DNA from: a virus
Taxonomy: Duplodnaviria; Caudoviricetes
DNA length: 61,582 nucleotides
Direction: 5' to 3' (one strand)
IMG/VR virus record: IMGVR_UViG_3300028393_000068
Span: 1-61,582 of that record
Shown: positions 47,499 through 57,127 of the stretch, piece by piece
How the letters are laid out: each line of letters begins with the position of its first letter
How positions within the stretch are numbered: position 1 is the first letter of the stretch
The notes under the pieces: generated by a model
Told to the model about the DNA's origin: nothing
Seen by the model: only the letters and a program-made list of their open reading frames with translations
The model's database searches: none
Made by a program: the position numbers and the translations under genes

Positions 47499-47800
47499 TC
47501 AAACTTCGCAGTCTTTATTGCTACTGTTAATCGGTTGGCAAACTGGGTGACAAACGCCTCGTTCTTGTTGAGATCGTACTGCCCCATGTCCTCCAGTATG
47601 GCGTGGACAACCTCATGCCAGAACGTATCAGCCAACTCATCCTTGCTGAACTTACGCCCCGTAATGTTGCTGACCCTACCAAGCCTGATGCACTGCTCTG
47701 GGTAGAACGTGCGCCCCATATCTCGGCGGTGAAGCATGGCTTCCACCACCTCCACGCTGTACCATTTCTTTCCCACACGCATACGCGTTGGTAACTTCAT
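47495..47800 (-). CDS. Small HExxH metallopeptidase-like protein
   Basis: TFWHEVVHAI...NEAFV. Confidence 0.7.
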   Translation of the reverse strand: MKLPTRMRVGKKWYSVEVVEAMLHRRDMGRTFYPEQCIRLGRVSNITGRKFSKDELADTFWHEVVHAILEDMGQYDLNKNEAFVTQFANRLTVAIKTAKFE

Positions 47801-47811
47801 ACTTTCTCCTT

Positions 47812-49782
47812 TTAGTTTTTTGCTAATCCATAACGACGATGCGCACCACCGTCAGCGTCCAGTGGAATACCGGGCATATAGCTCGGCTCCATAGTCATTT
47901 GAGCCAAGACCCAAGTCTTAGCTTCCTCAACCTCTGCCTCGGGTACAACAACGATCTGTTCGTCATGCACCGTTCCCGCCACAAAGTATCTCTTTGCAGT
48001 TCGTAGCATCCCATCCGTCATCACAATACGCGCAGTGCCTTGCACCACATTGTTCGTGATCTTACCTGCGTAAAGTTTGGTAGCGTCTGGCCCGTATATC
48101 CACTGGCTCCTACCTTTCTCGTCCTTCTCTTGGCGCAGGTCTGGGTAGAGCAAGCTCATGCCGTTGGGCAGAACTATCTCCCCCTTCTTGAAGGTGATAC
48201 ATTTATACACGAACTCCTGACCGCCTGCAAGCGATGTTTGTATGAGGCCAGAGCACATGTCCCAGAAGCTCACAACGGGGTGCGCTGTAGTCCTGTACTT
48301 GTCGATGATTTTCTTGGCCGCTACGCAGTGAATGAGTAGCTCCTGATCGGTACAGGTGTGTGGTATCTCCATCATCTTGACGTAGTTGTCATCCCACTCA
48401 AGGAACTTGTCGATGTACTTACCGTCTACGCCTAGCTTCTTTGCAAAGTCTTTCTCGTATCTAACGGGCGATGCACCAAGAAATCCGACAAGAAGTTGCG
48501 ACGCAAACGCCGCCCACCCAAGTCCGTAGCCGCACCCCAAGAGCGCACTTTTTGCAGACTGCCGTAGGTCTGGATGCGATTCCTTACTGAGTCCGGGTAT
48601 GTTAAACATCTGCGCACCGAACGCGGCGTAAGGGTCACCACCTGCCCTGAAGATTGTGAGCATGTCTTGGTAATCTGAAAGCCACGCGAGTACTCGCGGT
48701 TCAATCTGCGAAAGATCCCCCACAACGAGTTGGTGTCCTTCGGGAGCCATAATTGCTTTGCGTAGGAATGAGCCTCGCTTGAGGTTCTGCATGTTGATGG
48801 CCGAGCCTTTGGCCGCCGTCCACCTACCCGTCTGCGCACCGTAGTAGGAGAGAGGTACTGGTAAGGCGCCACGTTGACTAATGTCGAGAAACCGCTGAGC
48901 ACGGGTACGCTCGGTGGTAGATTTAACCCGAAGACGCGCTTCACAAAGTAGGGCAACGTCTTCACGTTCACCATTGAGGAGCGTTTGAAATAGGGCATCA
49001 TTTTTAGCGAGGGCAAGCGCTTGCTTCCCAGTCGTCTTGCTAATCTTGGTTGGCGGAACCACATTGAGTTTCTCAAGTAGTGCAGCAAACTTTGGGTTCG
49101 ATGCCAGCGCAGTCTCTTCCACGCCGAGCTTTTGTAGTAGGGCTTCACGTTTTTCCTTCTCCTGTTCGATTGCGTTATGTAGCATGAGGGCGTCAAGCTG
49201 CAACACTGGGCGTGTATACATCTTGAGAGTCATGTCGATGAGCCTGAGTTCACTGGACGGGTATCCAGCGACCAAGCGTGCAAAGATTCGTTCGCATAGA
49301 TATACGTCGTGTTTGCAATAGTCTGCAAGCTCAGATTCCAAGACCTCGTCCAACTCGGCCACACCATTGGTGCTGTGTACGGCTGTCCCTTTGGCGGGAA
49401 GACCAAAAGCGTCTGCAAGTTTGGCGAGACTGTTGCCAACCTCAACGCCTCTGAGAGCTCGCGCCATTGATAACGTGTCGAAGATGAAGGCTGGATGTAC
49501 ATCGTAGATCCACTCCATAATGGATACATCGAACTGTGCGTTGTGCGCAAGCACTGCGGTTCGTCCCCAGTCAACTCCAGAAAAGTAGTCACGTAGTCCA
49601 TCTGCGCTAACCCATCTAATGTCATCTCCGCTTCCGTATTCGTGAACGCAAACACCGAACGCTTTAAATCTCTTATCACGTATGTACTCCTCAGTTGTCA
49701 TCTTGCTAAGTGTGTAACCTTCCTTGGTGTCCCAGTAGGTTTCGAAATCGATCGTGATGATCTGTTTATAGGGTGCGGTCAT
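47812..49782 (-). CDS. polA: Family A DNA polymerase with 3'-5' exonuclease
   Basis: IDFET, HNAQFD, DLSQIEPR, RQSAKSALLGCGYG, TVHDE. Confidence 0.93.
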   Translation of the reverse strand: MTAPYKQIITIDFETYWDTKEGYTLSKMTTEEYIRDKRFKAFGVCVHEYGSGDDIRWVSADGLRDYFSGVDWGRTAVLAHNAQFDVSIMEWIYDVHPAFIFDTLSMARALRGVEVGNSLAKLADAFGLPAKGTAVHSTNGVAELDEVLESELADYCKHDVYLCERIFARLVAGYPSSELRLIDMTLKMYTRPVLQLDALMLHNAIEQEKEKREALLQKLGVEETALASNPKFAALLEKLNVVPPTKISKTTGKQALALAKNDALFQTLLNGEREDVALLCEARLRVKSTTERTRAQRFLDISQRGALPVPLSYYGAQTGRWTAAKGSAINMQNLKRGSFLRKAIMAPEGHQLVVGDLSQIEPRVLAWLSDYQDMLTIFRAGGDPYAAFGAQMFNIPGLSKESHPDLRQSAKSALLGCGYGLGWAAFASQLLVGFLGASPVRYEKDFAKKLGVDGKYIDKFLEWDDNYVKMMEIPHTCTDQELLIHCVAAKKIIDKYRTTAHPVVSFWDMCSGLIQTSLAGGQEFVYKCITFKKGEIVLPNGMSLLYPDLRQEKDEKGRSQWIYGPDATKLYAGKITNNVVQGTARIVMTDGMLRTAKRYFVAGTVHDEQIVVVPEAEVEEAKTWVLAQMTMEPSYMPGIPLDADGGAHRRYGLAKN

Positions 49783-50095
49783 TCTTCTCCTTGAGTTTGG
49801 CTTCTATTTTTCTGGCGTCATTGAGTAACACGTATACGTTTATGTCTGAATTGGATGTACCAATGTGACCAAAGATTTCCAAGATTTCCTCATCCGTCAG
49901 CCCTACCCATGTGCGTTGTACTTGCGGAGGAACACCATCTTCATAAACAGTATTACAAACAACACATTGCAACCTGACAGGCTCATCCTTTGCTTCTAGT
50001 GCGGCTTTAATAGCGGTGATGGCTTCATCTGCCCTGTGATAATCGGCATTGTCCAATGCTTCTATTGCCATGCGTAATGCTTCGTCTTTGGTCAT
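49766..50095 (-). CDS. Hypothetical protein
   Basis: WVGLTDEE...IEAKLKEKN family motif. Confidence 0.65.
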   Translation of the reverse strand: MTKDEALRMAIEALDNADYHRADEAITAIKAALEAKDEPVRLQCVVCNTVYEDGVPPQVQRTWVGLTDEEILEIFGHIGTSNSDINVYVLLNDARKIEAKLKEKNDRTL

Positions 50096-50343
50096 GAATG
50101 ACCCCTTGCTCGGATGGCGGCGGCATAATCATCAAGACCTTGATTCATAACGCCAAGCATCTCAGATCGGTTATGTAAATCAAACGGATGAAGCGTTTCA
50201 CGCAACTTTGCACACGCCTCACGCTCATGCTGTGCTACCAGCTCAACAAAGGCTACAACTTTTTCAAATGCTTCAGGGCTGATGTATTGCAAATAATCCA
50301 TACCTACCTCTGTAGCCATCTCAATGATTTCATCTTGTGTCAA
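50092..50343 (-). CDS. Hypothetical protein
   Basis: TTG start with SD AAGGAG; EREACAKL...IRARG. Confidence 0.6.
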   Translation of the reverse strand: MTQDEIIEMATEVGMDYLQYISPEAFEKVVAFVELVAQHEREACAKLRETLHPFDLHNRSEMLGVMNQGLDDYAAAIRARGHS

Positions 50344-50636
50344 TTAAAATTCTCCTTGGGTGGTGCGTCTAGGACGTTTAGAAAGCCGAAAAAATCGTTT
50401 GCCGCCAACATGAGTTGCGACGCCTCCATCTCATTACAGTTGAGGGTAACGACTCCTGCGACTTGATCTTCAGCGCGTCCAATGATGAACACGCCCTGTG
50501 CTTTGCCTTGGCCATAACACATCACGATTTTGTGAATCAGTAGTCTGAAATGGTGTTGCTCATCTTCTGACATGGCTTCGACCCTGCGTTCGAGTTCTTC
50601 CTCTGTCATTGAGAAATCACCTTGTACGTAACTCAT
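50340..50636 (-). CDS. Hypothetical protein
   Basis: SD AAGGAG; overlapping operon packing. Confidence 0.65.
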   Translation of the reverse strand: MSYVQGDFSMTEEELERRVEAMSEDEQHHFRLLIHKIVMCYGQGKAQGVFIIGRAEDQVAGVVTLNCNEMEASQLMLAANDFFGFLNVLDAPPKENFN

Positions 50637-50928
50637 TTTGCTTCTCCTTCAGTAGCAGTTCCAAGTCAGGAATGTTGTGCTCACGCGCAATGAACACTGT
50701 ACCCCCTGCGTTGAGAATCAAGTTAAGTTCCCTGTCTTGCAGGGCAGTCGTGTTGTTTGTGCCGGCCTTGCACTCGATGGCGATGAAGTGTCCGTCCATA
50801 CAGCCAATGATGTCAGGTATCCCCGCACGGCCAAAGCCGTTAGCAGGGGGCATAAAGTGGTACACGCCCAGCCTATCAAGCAACAGCCGTACCGCCTTCT
50901 TTACTTTCCACTCAGGTGTCTGTGCCAT
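50617..50928 (-). CDS. VRR-NUC nuclease (Holliday junction resolvase-like)
   Basis: PE.KVK, GIPDII, IECKAG, TALQ. Confidence 0.85.
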   Translation of the reverse strand: MAQTPEWKVKKAVRLLLDRLGVYHFMPPANGFGRAGIPDIIGCMDGHFIAIECKAGTNNTTALQDRELNLILNAGGTVFIAREHNIPDLELLLKEKQNELRTR

Positions 50929-51445
50929 AGTAACTCGCGTTCATAAGTTCTTCGTAACTAAAGTGTTCGCCAATAGAGTCTAAGATACCAATGTCAGGGC
51001 CCTCGGTATCAAACACAGTGTCGTTGTACACATACTTGTACTTGGGCACAGTCAGTTGCTTGTATGCAAACTTCAACCCGATAGGTGTCGGTTTCCAAAG
51101 CCCTGCACTGCGACTCTTAACTCCGCTGACAGGCGCATCCACCACCATGCTCCAGTGCCGCAAAGTCCCAAGTTGAGGGGAGCGTAGCAACCACACGGGT
51201 GCAGTGCGTTGTACGTCGATCCAGCCATCTTCCCGTGGGGGTTGTAGGCACAACCAGATCAACTGCCGTGCCATGGCCGCGCTGATGCCGCGCCTGTACA
51301 GCTTACCCCACCTATCGCACACAGGGCAGTGGCCGCCTTCGCTTTTAATCACACTGCCCCAAACACCGCGTGCTTCGTTCAGGGTAGCACCCTCGTATAG
51401 ATTGGCGTAGCTAAGTTCTTCGCCGTCATCAATCATTTCAATCAT
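50912..51445 (-). CDS. Zn-ribbon/winged-helix-like protein
   Basis: HCPVCDR; GLWKPTPIG. Confidence 0.6.
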   Translation of the reverse strand: MIEMIDDGEELSYANLYEGATLNEARGVWGSVIKSEGGHCPVCDRWGKLYRRGISAAMARQLIWLCLQPPREDGWIDVQRTAPVWLLRSPQLGTLRHWSMVVDAPVSGVKSRSAGLWKPTPIGLKFAYKQLTVPKYKYVYNDTVFDTEGPDIGILDSIGEHFSYEELMNASYYGTDT

Positions 51446-51620
51446 TTAGTTTCTCCTTGTTTAGTATTGCGTCATAGTATTGCTTGGACATTGGTGCTTT
51501 TTTGTCAAGAATATTTCTCAACCATTCAGCGCCGCCAAGTTGGTTAAGGATAATCCACTGCCTGTCAGACATCCGTACTTGCCTGCCCAGTAGTTTCTCT
51601 GGTGGTTTAGGTCTTGGCAT
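51438..51620 (-). CDS. Small DNA-binding-like protein
   Basis: MPRPKP...RMSD.QW...LGGAEWLR. Confidence 0.6.
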   Translation of the reverse strand: MPRPKPPEKLLGRQVRMSDRQWIILNQLGGAEWLRNILDKKAPMSKQYYDAILNKEKLND

Positions 51621-51798
51621 CTTTTAACTTTCTGCTTATTACTCCGTTGGCCCAGCATCTTGCACAGTGCCATGTAGTGTGGCTTAGTTGAATCCCGCCT
51701 TCGGGTGGTTTTGTTTCATTGCACCGTGTGCACTCCTTGTACTTGTGCACGGGTTGCGTACCACCGATAGCCAATTGCCGCCTAACAAAACCGTTCAT
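51607..51798 (-). CDS. Small Zn-finger protein
   Basis: CTRC...CARC. Confidence 0.6.
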   Translation of the reverse strand: MNGFVRRQLAIGGTQPVHKYKECTRCNETKPPEGGIQLSHTTWHCARCWANGVISRKLKDAKT

Positions 51799-51998
51799 GT
51801 TTTAAGACTCCGCACGTATGCCGCGAAGCTGGCCGCTGTGTCACCAGAGTTTTTCATAGCATCGAACTTACGCGCTACTTCTTCTAGCGCATCGTTGCGA
51901 ATCTTCTGCGTCACTTCGTTGGTAACCTGAGTCTTAATCATCTGACGCTTACGCCAGCCCAAAGCTTTCTCCCATACGTTCAGTTGTGGTTCGGTCAT
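51795..51998 (-). CDS. Hypothetical protein
   Basis: RNDALEEVA; ATGA overlaps. Confidence 0.6.
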   Translation of the reverse strand: MTEPQLNVWEKALGWRKRQMIKTQVTNEVTQKIRNDALEEVARKFDAMKNSGDTAASFAAYVRSLKT

Positions 51999-52321
51999 GT
52001 ATTCATCTCCAGCGTGTTAATTTGGTCAATTATCCATTGGCAGTCTTTGCGCAGGGCTTCAAAACGTGGCGTGTCTTCTTGCTGAATCTTTCCTCCAGCG
52101 TTGAACATTTCGTACGTGTCGTTGTAAACATCTTTAAGTTTTACATTGATTTTTATAGATACTTCCGTTTGCAAAGGCCAAAGATGTATCAAAGTCTCGA
52201 TCGCTTTTTCAAACTCTTGATCGCACTCGTTTGACCCGTACAGGTAGAAGACAAAGTCGCCTTGTTCGTTAACCTCACCCGAGTGCGGGTGCTCGTCTAC
52301 TTCAAGTTCTATGGGTTTCAT
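51995..52321 (-). CDS. Hypothetical protein
   Basis: SD AAGGAG. Confidence 0.6.
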   Translation of the reverse strand: MKPIELEVDEHPHSGEVNEQGDFVFYLYGSNECDQEFEKAIETLIHLWPLQTEVSIKINVKLKDVYNDTYEMFNAGGKIQQEDTPRFEALRKDCQWIIDQINTLEMNT

Positions 52322-52500
52322 GTTTTCTCCTTGAGTGCGGCTTCAAGCGTATCTAGCGCCTTGTCCCATGTGTTGTAGTCGATGCTATTGCCAAACGCTT
52401 TCATCACAGCGTGGGCTGCTTGCTCAATGGTTTTGAGGCGTTTGTTCTCTGACAGAAGTTCTGCAAGTTGCAAGTCCATCTCTCTCATCTCGTCATTCAT
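52318..52500 (-). CDS. Hypothetical protein
   Basis: SD GGAGG before ATG 52500. Confidence 0.6.
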   Translation of the reverse strand: MNDEMREMDLQLAELLSENKRLKTIEQAAHAVMKAFGNSIDYNTWDKALDTLEAALKEKT

Positions 52501-52501
52501 C

Positions 52502-53056
52502 TTAGCCTCCAAACATTTTCTTGAGGTAGTCGTACAACTCACGCGCTTGGAACACAGTCATGTCCTTCAGTATGTCATCAGGCGTTTTGCTACGCACGAG
52601 AGTCACGAAGCGTTTGGGTTGGGGCAGTTCAATAGTATCGGGCTGTAGCGCGGCAATGCCGTCTGATCTTTTCTCGTACTTGCGCTTGACCTCTTCGGGT
52701 TTGGATACGAGGGTTAGAATTTTCTTCTTGTTTTTAAGCGGTTTGTATTCAGGCACGATGGTGATGTATCTACCCCTATCGTCTCTCTCAGCCAAACCCT
52801 GCTTGGCAAACTGTGCAAGCAGTGAGCCCACAGAACTTGACTTGTAACCAAGGCGTTCCATACATAGGCATATCTCTGCGTTTGTCAGGTTAGGATTCTT
52901 TTTAACGAAGTCAAAGGTTGCGCGTGTCACATTGTTTGTGACACCAAAGAACTTCTTACCCTGTGTGTTTGTTTGTGTGGTTTGCATATCGTCTTTCTCC
53001 CAGTTGTTGATTGTGGTTTTGAGTGCGTTAGATAACGCGGTTTGCATATCAGGCAT
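52502..53056 (-). CDS. Winged-helix-like protein
   Basis: TFDFVKKNPNLT..EI...SSVGSLLAQF; start reassigned to 53056. Confidence 0.6.
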   Translation of the reverse strand: MPDMQTALSNALKTTINNWEKDDMQTTQTNTQGKKFFGVTNNVTRATFDFVKKNPNLTNAEICLCMERLGYKSSSVGSLLAQFAKQGLAERDDRGRYITIVPEYKPLKNKKKILTLVSKPEEVKRKYEKRSDGIAALQPDTIELPQPKRFVTLVRSKTPDDILKDMTVFQARELYDYLKKMFGG

Positions 53057-53270
53057 TTGTGAATCCCTCCAAGAAAATAATGCCAATGATGATGGTGGCA
53101 ATAAGCACCAATGATTGGATGCACGCGAGCGCATCCTCGGACATGCCCTGTCTTTCCCCAAGCAAAACGCACTGTATCCAGTCAGATTCAGGCGTAGTTG
53201 GGGGTGGTGGGGGCGTGTAAATTAGGCCAATCTTGACCTTGCCCGTGTCATACGGGGTGTGTTTTTGCAT
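53049..53270 (-). CDS. Small membrane-anchored protein
   Basis: PYDTGKVKIG..Y.PP; C-terminal TM; SD AAGGAG. Confidence 0.65.
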   Translation of the reverse strand: MQKHTPYDTGKVKIGLIYTPPPPPTTPESDWIQCVLLGERQGMSEDALACIQSLVLIATIIIGIIFLEGFTNA

Positions 53271-53291
53271 AGCTTTCTCCTTAGTTTTGCC

Positions 53292-53321
53292 ATTATTTGT
53301 CTAGGCTTAGACAGAAGTCAA
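53292..53321 (-). promoter_or_regulatory. Leftward promoter with palindromic operator in the spacer
   Basis: TTGACT-N18-AATAAT; TGTCTAGGCTTAGACA at 53298-53313; AGGGGAATTCCCCT palindrome at 53321-53334. Confidence 0.6.
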
Positions 53322-53357
53322 GGGGAATTCCCCTAGAAAAGAGGTTGTTGATAGTAG

Positions 53358-53450
53358 TCAGAAGGGCCGCCAGTATAAGAGGTCAAGGGCAAGCACTACA
53401 ACCGCTAACAAAAGTATTACCCGCTCGAACTTCTCGTAGGGTGTCATCAT
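53358..53450 (-). CDS. 30-aa membrane peptide (not in ORF track)
   Basis: MMTPYEKFERVILLLAVVVLALDLLYWRPF; SD GAGGAGG. Confidence 0.55.
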   Translation of the reverse strand: MMTPYEKFERVILLLAVVVLALDLLYWRPF

Positions 53451-53623
53451 GACTCGTCCTCCTCGTCTGCTTTCAATTGTTTGACCCACGCATCAATGGC
53501 TTGCTCATCGTGGAACTCAAGTATCCAATCGGCTAACGCATACGCAGGGTTTTGCAAGATGCAGTCGTACAACTTCTCTAATGCTTCTTTACCGAAGCGT
53601 TTTTGTATTTCTTCGGGTGTCAT
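53447..53623 (-). CDS. 58-aa protein (not in ORF track)
   Basis: MTPEEIQKRFGKEALEKLY...; SD AAGGAG; ATGA overlaps. Confidence 0.65.
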   Translation of the reverse strand: MTPEEIQKRFGKEALEKLYDCILQNPAYALADWILEFHDEQAIDAWVKQLKADEEDES

Positions 53624-53985
53624 TTAAATGTCTCCTTGATGTAATCGTTAGCTTCACGCTTGGTATCAAAGCCGAGGTAGTCACCGTTCTCGTCTATCCA
53701 TTCATCGGTGGACAGGCCATAGATGACCCATATGTCACCCGATCGTTCGGGCTTCCAACAGTTGCGGTCATTGAACCTTTCCATGTATAGCTCGTGCACG
53801 ATCTTCTTGCACGTCACGCCGTCCTCCCCCGTCAGGCGTGCTAACTCAGCGGGGTGATTGTCAGTGAGCAAACTACTGATCCAATCTTTGAGTCGTTCCT
53901 TTTGTTCCTCGTTGTAAGCCTCCTTGTCTAGCTTGCGTTGGTGTTCGGCCAGTAGGCCATCGTAGTAGCTATCTAATCCGTTCAT
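53620..53985 (-). CDS. Hypothetical early protein
   Basis: SD AAGGAG before ATG 53985. Confidence 0.6.
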   Translation of the reverse strand: MNGLDSYYDGLLAEHQRKLDKEAYNEEQKERLKDWISSLLTDNHPAELARLTGEDGVTCKKIVHELYMERFNDRNCWKPERSGDIWVIYGLSTDEWIDENGDYLGFDTKREANDYIKETFK

Positions 53986-53986
53986 T

Positions 53987-54178
53987 TCATTTCTCCTTGT
54001 GGTACTGGGTAAAGATAATCTTGCCATGGTAGTAGTGCGGTGTTACCCAGTCACCGCCCCATTTCTCTGCCTCGTCCTCGATGTCGTCCTCCTCGTAGAA
54101 CCCTGCGTGACTCACCGAGTGCACCAACGCCTCGTCATCGGTGAAAAACATAACACCAAAAATTACAAACAGTTTCAT
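53987..54178 (-). CDS. Hypothetical early protein
   Basis: SD AAGGAG. Confidence 0.6.
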   Translation of the reverse strand: MKLFVIFGVMFFTDDEALVHSVSHAGFYEEDDIEDEAEKWGGDWVTPHYYHGKIIFTQYHKEK

Positions 54179-54198
54179 AGCTTTCTCCTTTTAAATGT

Positions 54199-54213
54199 GG
54201 GTCACAGTGACCC
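54199..54213. repeat. Palindrome GGGTCACAGTGACCC, copy 1 of 5
   Basis: Identical copies at 57377-57391 and 58911-58925; variants at 58564-58578 and 59434-59448. Confidence 0.85.
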
Positions 54214-54215
54214 GC

Positions 54216-55343
54216 TTATGCTTCACAATAAACCGCATCGAACAACGTACACAGTACAGTTGCCGAGTCGTAGGTGCGCGCTTGTGTTATCGCGTCTTGT
54301 AGTAATTCGTCAGTCAGTAGCCTGCGGTTGAGGAACCGCAAAGCTAGGTCAGGTTGTTCGGGGTAAACCGCCTCGCTGATCTGCTCAAGTAGGAAGTCGT
54401 AACTCCCCGCCATCGCGTCGTATAGGGCATCGAGTAAGTCCTCGGTCTGCCAGTAGTCATCGTCTTGCCATGTGCCGAAGTACTTGCTGTCGACTTGCTT
54501 GTTGTTGTCATACGCCTTGCTGTCGTACTTAGTCCACCACCCAGTGTTGTACTTGTACTCTTTGTACTCAGGCACAGTAGGGTCACGATCAGTAGGCAGG
54601 CTGTCCCACATCACCTTGAGTACTGCCTTGGACAGTGCCTCGAAGTGCACAATGTCTAGCTTCTCTTGGTCACCATGCTCGTTGTAGTAGCCCACGCTGA
54701 TGTTGGTACATTCGGGGATGATGTCTGTGAACTCAGCAGTGTCGGTGTACACGCCAGTGTCATCAGGAGAGTACATAAGCGTCTCATCAAAGGCGTTGAG
54801 GTCGTTGGCCAGTGCCTCACAGAACACATCGGATGCACAGCGACCCATACCCTGATGACTGATGACGCTGTCGATACCTCGCCTGTCAAACGCAATGGCC
54901 CGATCAAACTGAGCAAGCAAGTCAGCGTGATGCGTAGCGATGTGCTTAGCCCCGATACCCCCACACTCCTCGCCTTGGCTGAAGATGTAGTAACCCTTGA
55001 CGTCAGCATGTATCAGGTGCATGAGCATGGCCACACCCGCACCATCGTCAGCACCGAGGGGAGCGCCATCGGCATACCAGTGAGTCGCAGTCTTCCTGAT
55101 CTTGTTAGCACCTGTCTCTTTGTGTACTGTGTCAACGTGAGCGATGAACAATGTCTTACTGCCTGCGATGCGGTTGTCGATGTGTAGGTTGCCTGCACCA
55201 TCCACAGATGTGAATGACTTGAGTTCAGCAGGTAGTGCGTTGAACAGCCACTCGGTGAAGTCCGAGACGGCAGGGGTATTGTGCGGACGCTTGACAGACA
55301 ACGCACGCGCTAGGGTTTTGTGAAGTATAGATTTCTTGTTCAT
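54216..55343 (-). CDS. M28/M20-like zinc peptidase
   Basis: AHVDTV, LGADDGAG, GEECG, FDRRG, YTDT, VGYYNEH. Confidence 0.85.
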   Translation of the reverse strand: MNKKSILHKTLARALSVKRPHNTPAVSDFTEWLFNALPAELKSFTSVDGAGNLHIDNRIAGSKTLFIAHVDTVHKETGANKIRKTATHWYADGAPLGADDGAGVAMLMHLIHADVKGYYIFSQGEECGGIGAKHIATHHADLLAQFDRAIAFDRRGIDSVISHQGMGRCASDVFCEALANDLNAFDETLMYSPDDTGVYTDTAEFTDIIPECTNISVGYYNEHGDQEKLDIVHFEALSKAVLKVMWDSLPTDRDPTVPEYKEYKYNTGWWTKYDSKAYDNNKQVDSKYFGTWQDDDYWQTEDLLDALYDAMAGSYDFLLEQISEAVYPEQPDLALRFLNRRLLTDELLQDAITQARTYDSATVLCTLFDAVYCEA

Positions 55344-55357
55344 GATTGTTCCTTAGA

Positions 55358-57106
55358 TTAGGTTGCTTCGAGCACATGTGGTGACGATGCGTTGGAGAGA
55401 ATGATTAGGTCAGCGCTGATGTCTGCACGGCAGTTGATACGCACAGCGTCCCACCCTACTTGGTTGATGGTGGTCTGACTAATCAAGCGTCTAGTGATGA
55501 GGCGTCTGCCGTTGTGCAAGAGGGATATGCTGAACATCACATAGCCGTCATCTCTTGAGCGATCCTCGATCAACGAGCACTCATTCAGCATGGCCATGGT
55601 CAGTTGCCTAGCCACAACAACTTGCTCAACCGCGACAGTAGTATCCGCCTCGTCCTCGGCATCGTCATCCTTGTCAGCCGTAGCGTCAGCTATCTCCTGC
55701 GGTACGTAGTCATCGTGGTAACGCTCGCCCTTGTACTCGGTGAAGTCGGTGCAGTCGTCCGTGTACCAGTTGCATGATGCAACGCACTGCCATCCGTCAT
55801 CTTGCATACCCCACTCTTGGGTATCTTGGAACAAGCAGATACGCTCATCGTCTATCGTGTACCAGTCACCATTGATCTCGATGGCCTCATCCATCGGGGC
55901 GTACTCTCCGCACTCAAGCTCGATGATCTCGTTATCAGACAGGTAGTCCATATCGTAGGACTCACTCTGCGAGTCGACATACACCACGTTGTCCTCATGC
56001 ACATAGTATTGATTGCCTCGTCTGCCGTACACATAGGTGTAGTTATTGTCGCAACAACTATTGCACACATGCACGTCCTCTTGACGGCCAACCCAGTAGC
56101 CGTCATCGTTGGATGTACGATCACCGCAGTCATCGCAGTCGAAGTTGTCATCATCGTTATCCATCGCGGTCGGGTAACCGCCAGTCTGATCGCAGGTATA
56201 TTCTCCATCGCTGTCGATCACAAGCGCCTTAGCCCCTGCATCGATCGTCACATTCTTTTCACCGCCATCAAGATAGGGTGCAAGGAAGTGATCGCTTGCC
56301 TCGTGGTACGCCAACCTCTCGCCATCCTCCCAGTAGTTCTCCTTGGTATAGCCCTGCTCACGCAACCATGTATCCATGCCGTCATCTGTCTGACTGTAGC
56401 TGGTCGCATTGGCTGGGCGTAGGTAACTGCGAACGAAATACTTCTTGCCATCTATGGGCTGGGTCATACACAGCGCACGCCCCATGGTGTCATCGCCCTC
56501 GATGCGCACCGCCATGTGCCATCCGAACTTGGGGTCATACGCCTCGTAGGGGTGACGGGTCACGCCATCGCTACACTTAACGCCTCGGTCATCGCCCCAC
56601 ACCATGCACGACTGTGGCCCACGATGTAGGTGATAGATCATCTCAGCGGTAGTGTGTACGAACTGGAACCGAGCCGCTGACCCATAGCGTGAGACAAGAT
56701 CACGGATGGTGTGATCGGGTAAGTCGAAGTGTCGAGTGAGATACTTGCCGACCGATGTGACAGTCTGAATATCTTTCTGACCCTTGGCCTCGTTCTGTGT
56801 GTAGGCGATCTTGGAGCGATCACCTTGGGACTCATGCGGATGCTCAAGCAGTAGTTGATGCCAGTCTTTGGGACGGGCTAGCTTGATGGCCGCATTGATG
56901 ACGCCATGCACAGGGTACTTGTCGAACTCGCGGATGATCCAGTACCTAGCATCACGCTTGGCGCTGAGTGCCGCCATCTCCTCTCTGTCATCCGTGAGAT
57001 GCCATTGGCGTCTAAGCTCCCCATCAGTACGGCGTATCGCATCGTATGCTTGCCGTATGGTGTTGTCCATGTCTTGCCAGTCGTATGTATCGTTTGTTGT
57101 AGTCAT
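55358..57106 (-). CDS. Early protein with SCM/GRAL domain and Cys/acid-rich repeats
   Basis: GPQSCM, GRALC, FVRSY, PYLD; CDDC, CNSC repeats. Confidence 0.7.
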   Translation of the reverse strand: MTTTNDTYDWQDMDNTIRQAYDAIRRTDGELRRQWHLTDDREEMAALSAKRDARYWIIREFDKYPVHGVINAAIKLARPKDWHQLLLEHPHESQGDRSKIAYTQNEAKGQKDIQTVTSVGKYLTRHFDLPDHTIRDLVSRYGSAARFQFVHTTAEMIYHLHRGPQSCMVWGDDRGVKCSDGVTRHPYEAYDPKFGWHMAVRIEGDDTMGRALCMTQPIDGKKYFVRSYLRPANATSYSQTDDGMDTWLREQGYTKENYWEDGERLAYHEASDHFLAPYLDGGEKNVTIDAGAKALVIDSDGEYTCDQTGGYPTAMDNDDDNFDCDDCGDRTSNDDGYWVGRQEDVHVCNSCCDNNYTYVYGRRGNQYYVHEDNVVYVDSQSESYDMDYLSDNEIIELECGEYAPMDEAIEINGDWYTIDDERICLFQDTQEWGMQDDGWQCVASCNWYTDDCTDFTEYKGERYHDDYVPQEIADATADKDDDAEDEADTTVAVEQVVVARQLTMAMLNECSLIEDRSRDDGYVMFSISLLHNGRRLITRRLISQTTINQVGWDAVRINCRADISADLIILSNASSPHVLEAT

Positions 57107-57127
57107 TGCTTTCTCCTTTGGTTGTGG

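Noticed and set aside
48432-49196. 254-aa alternate-frame ORF inside polA
   Set aside because: No SD and no recognisable motif; composition typical of an off-frame read.
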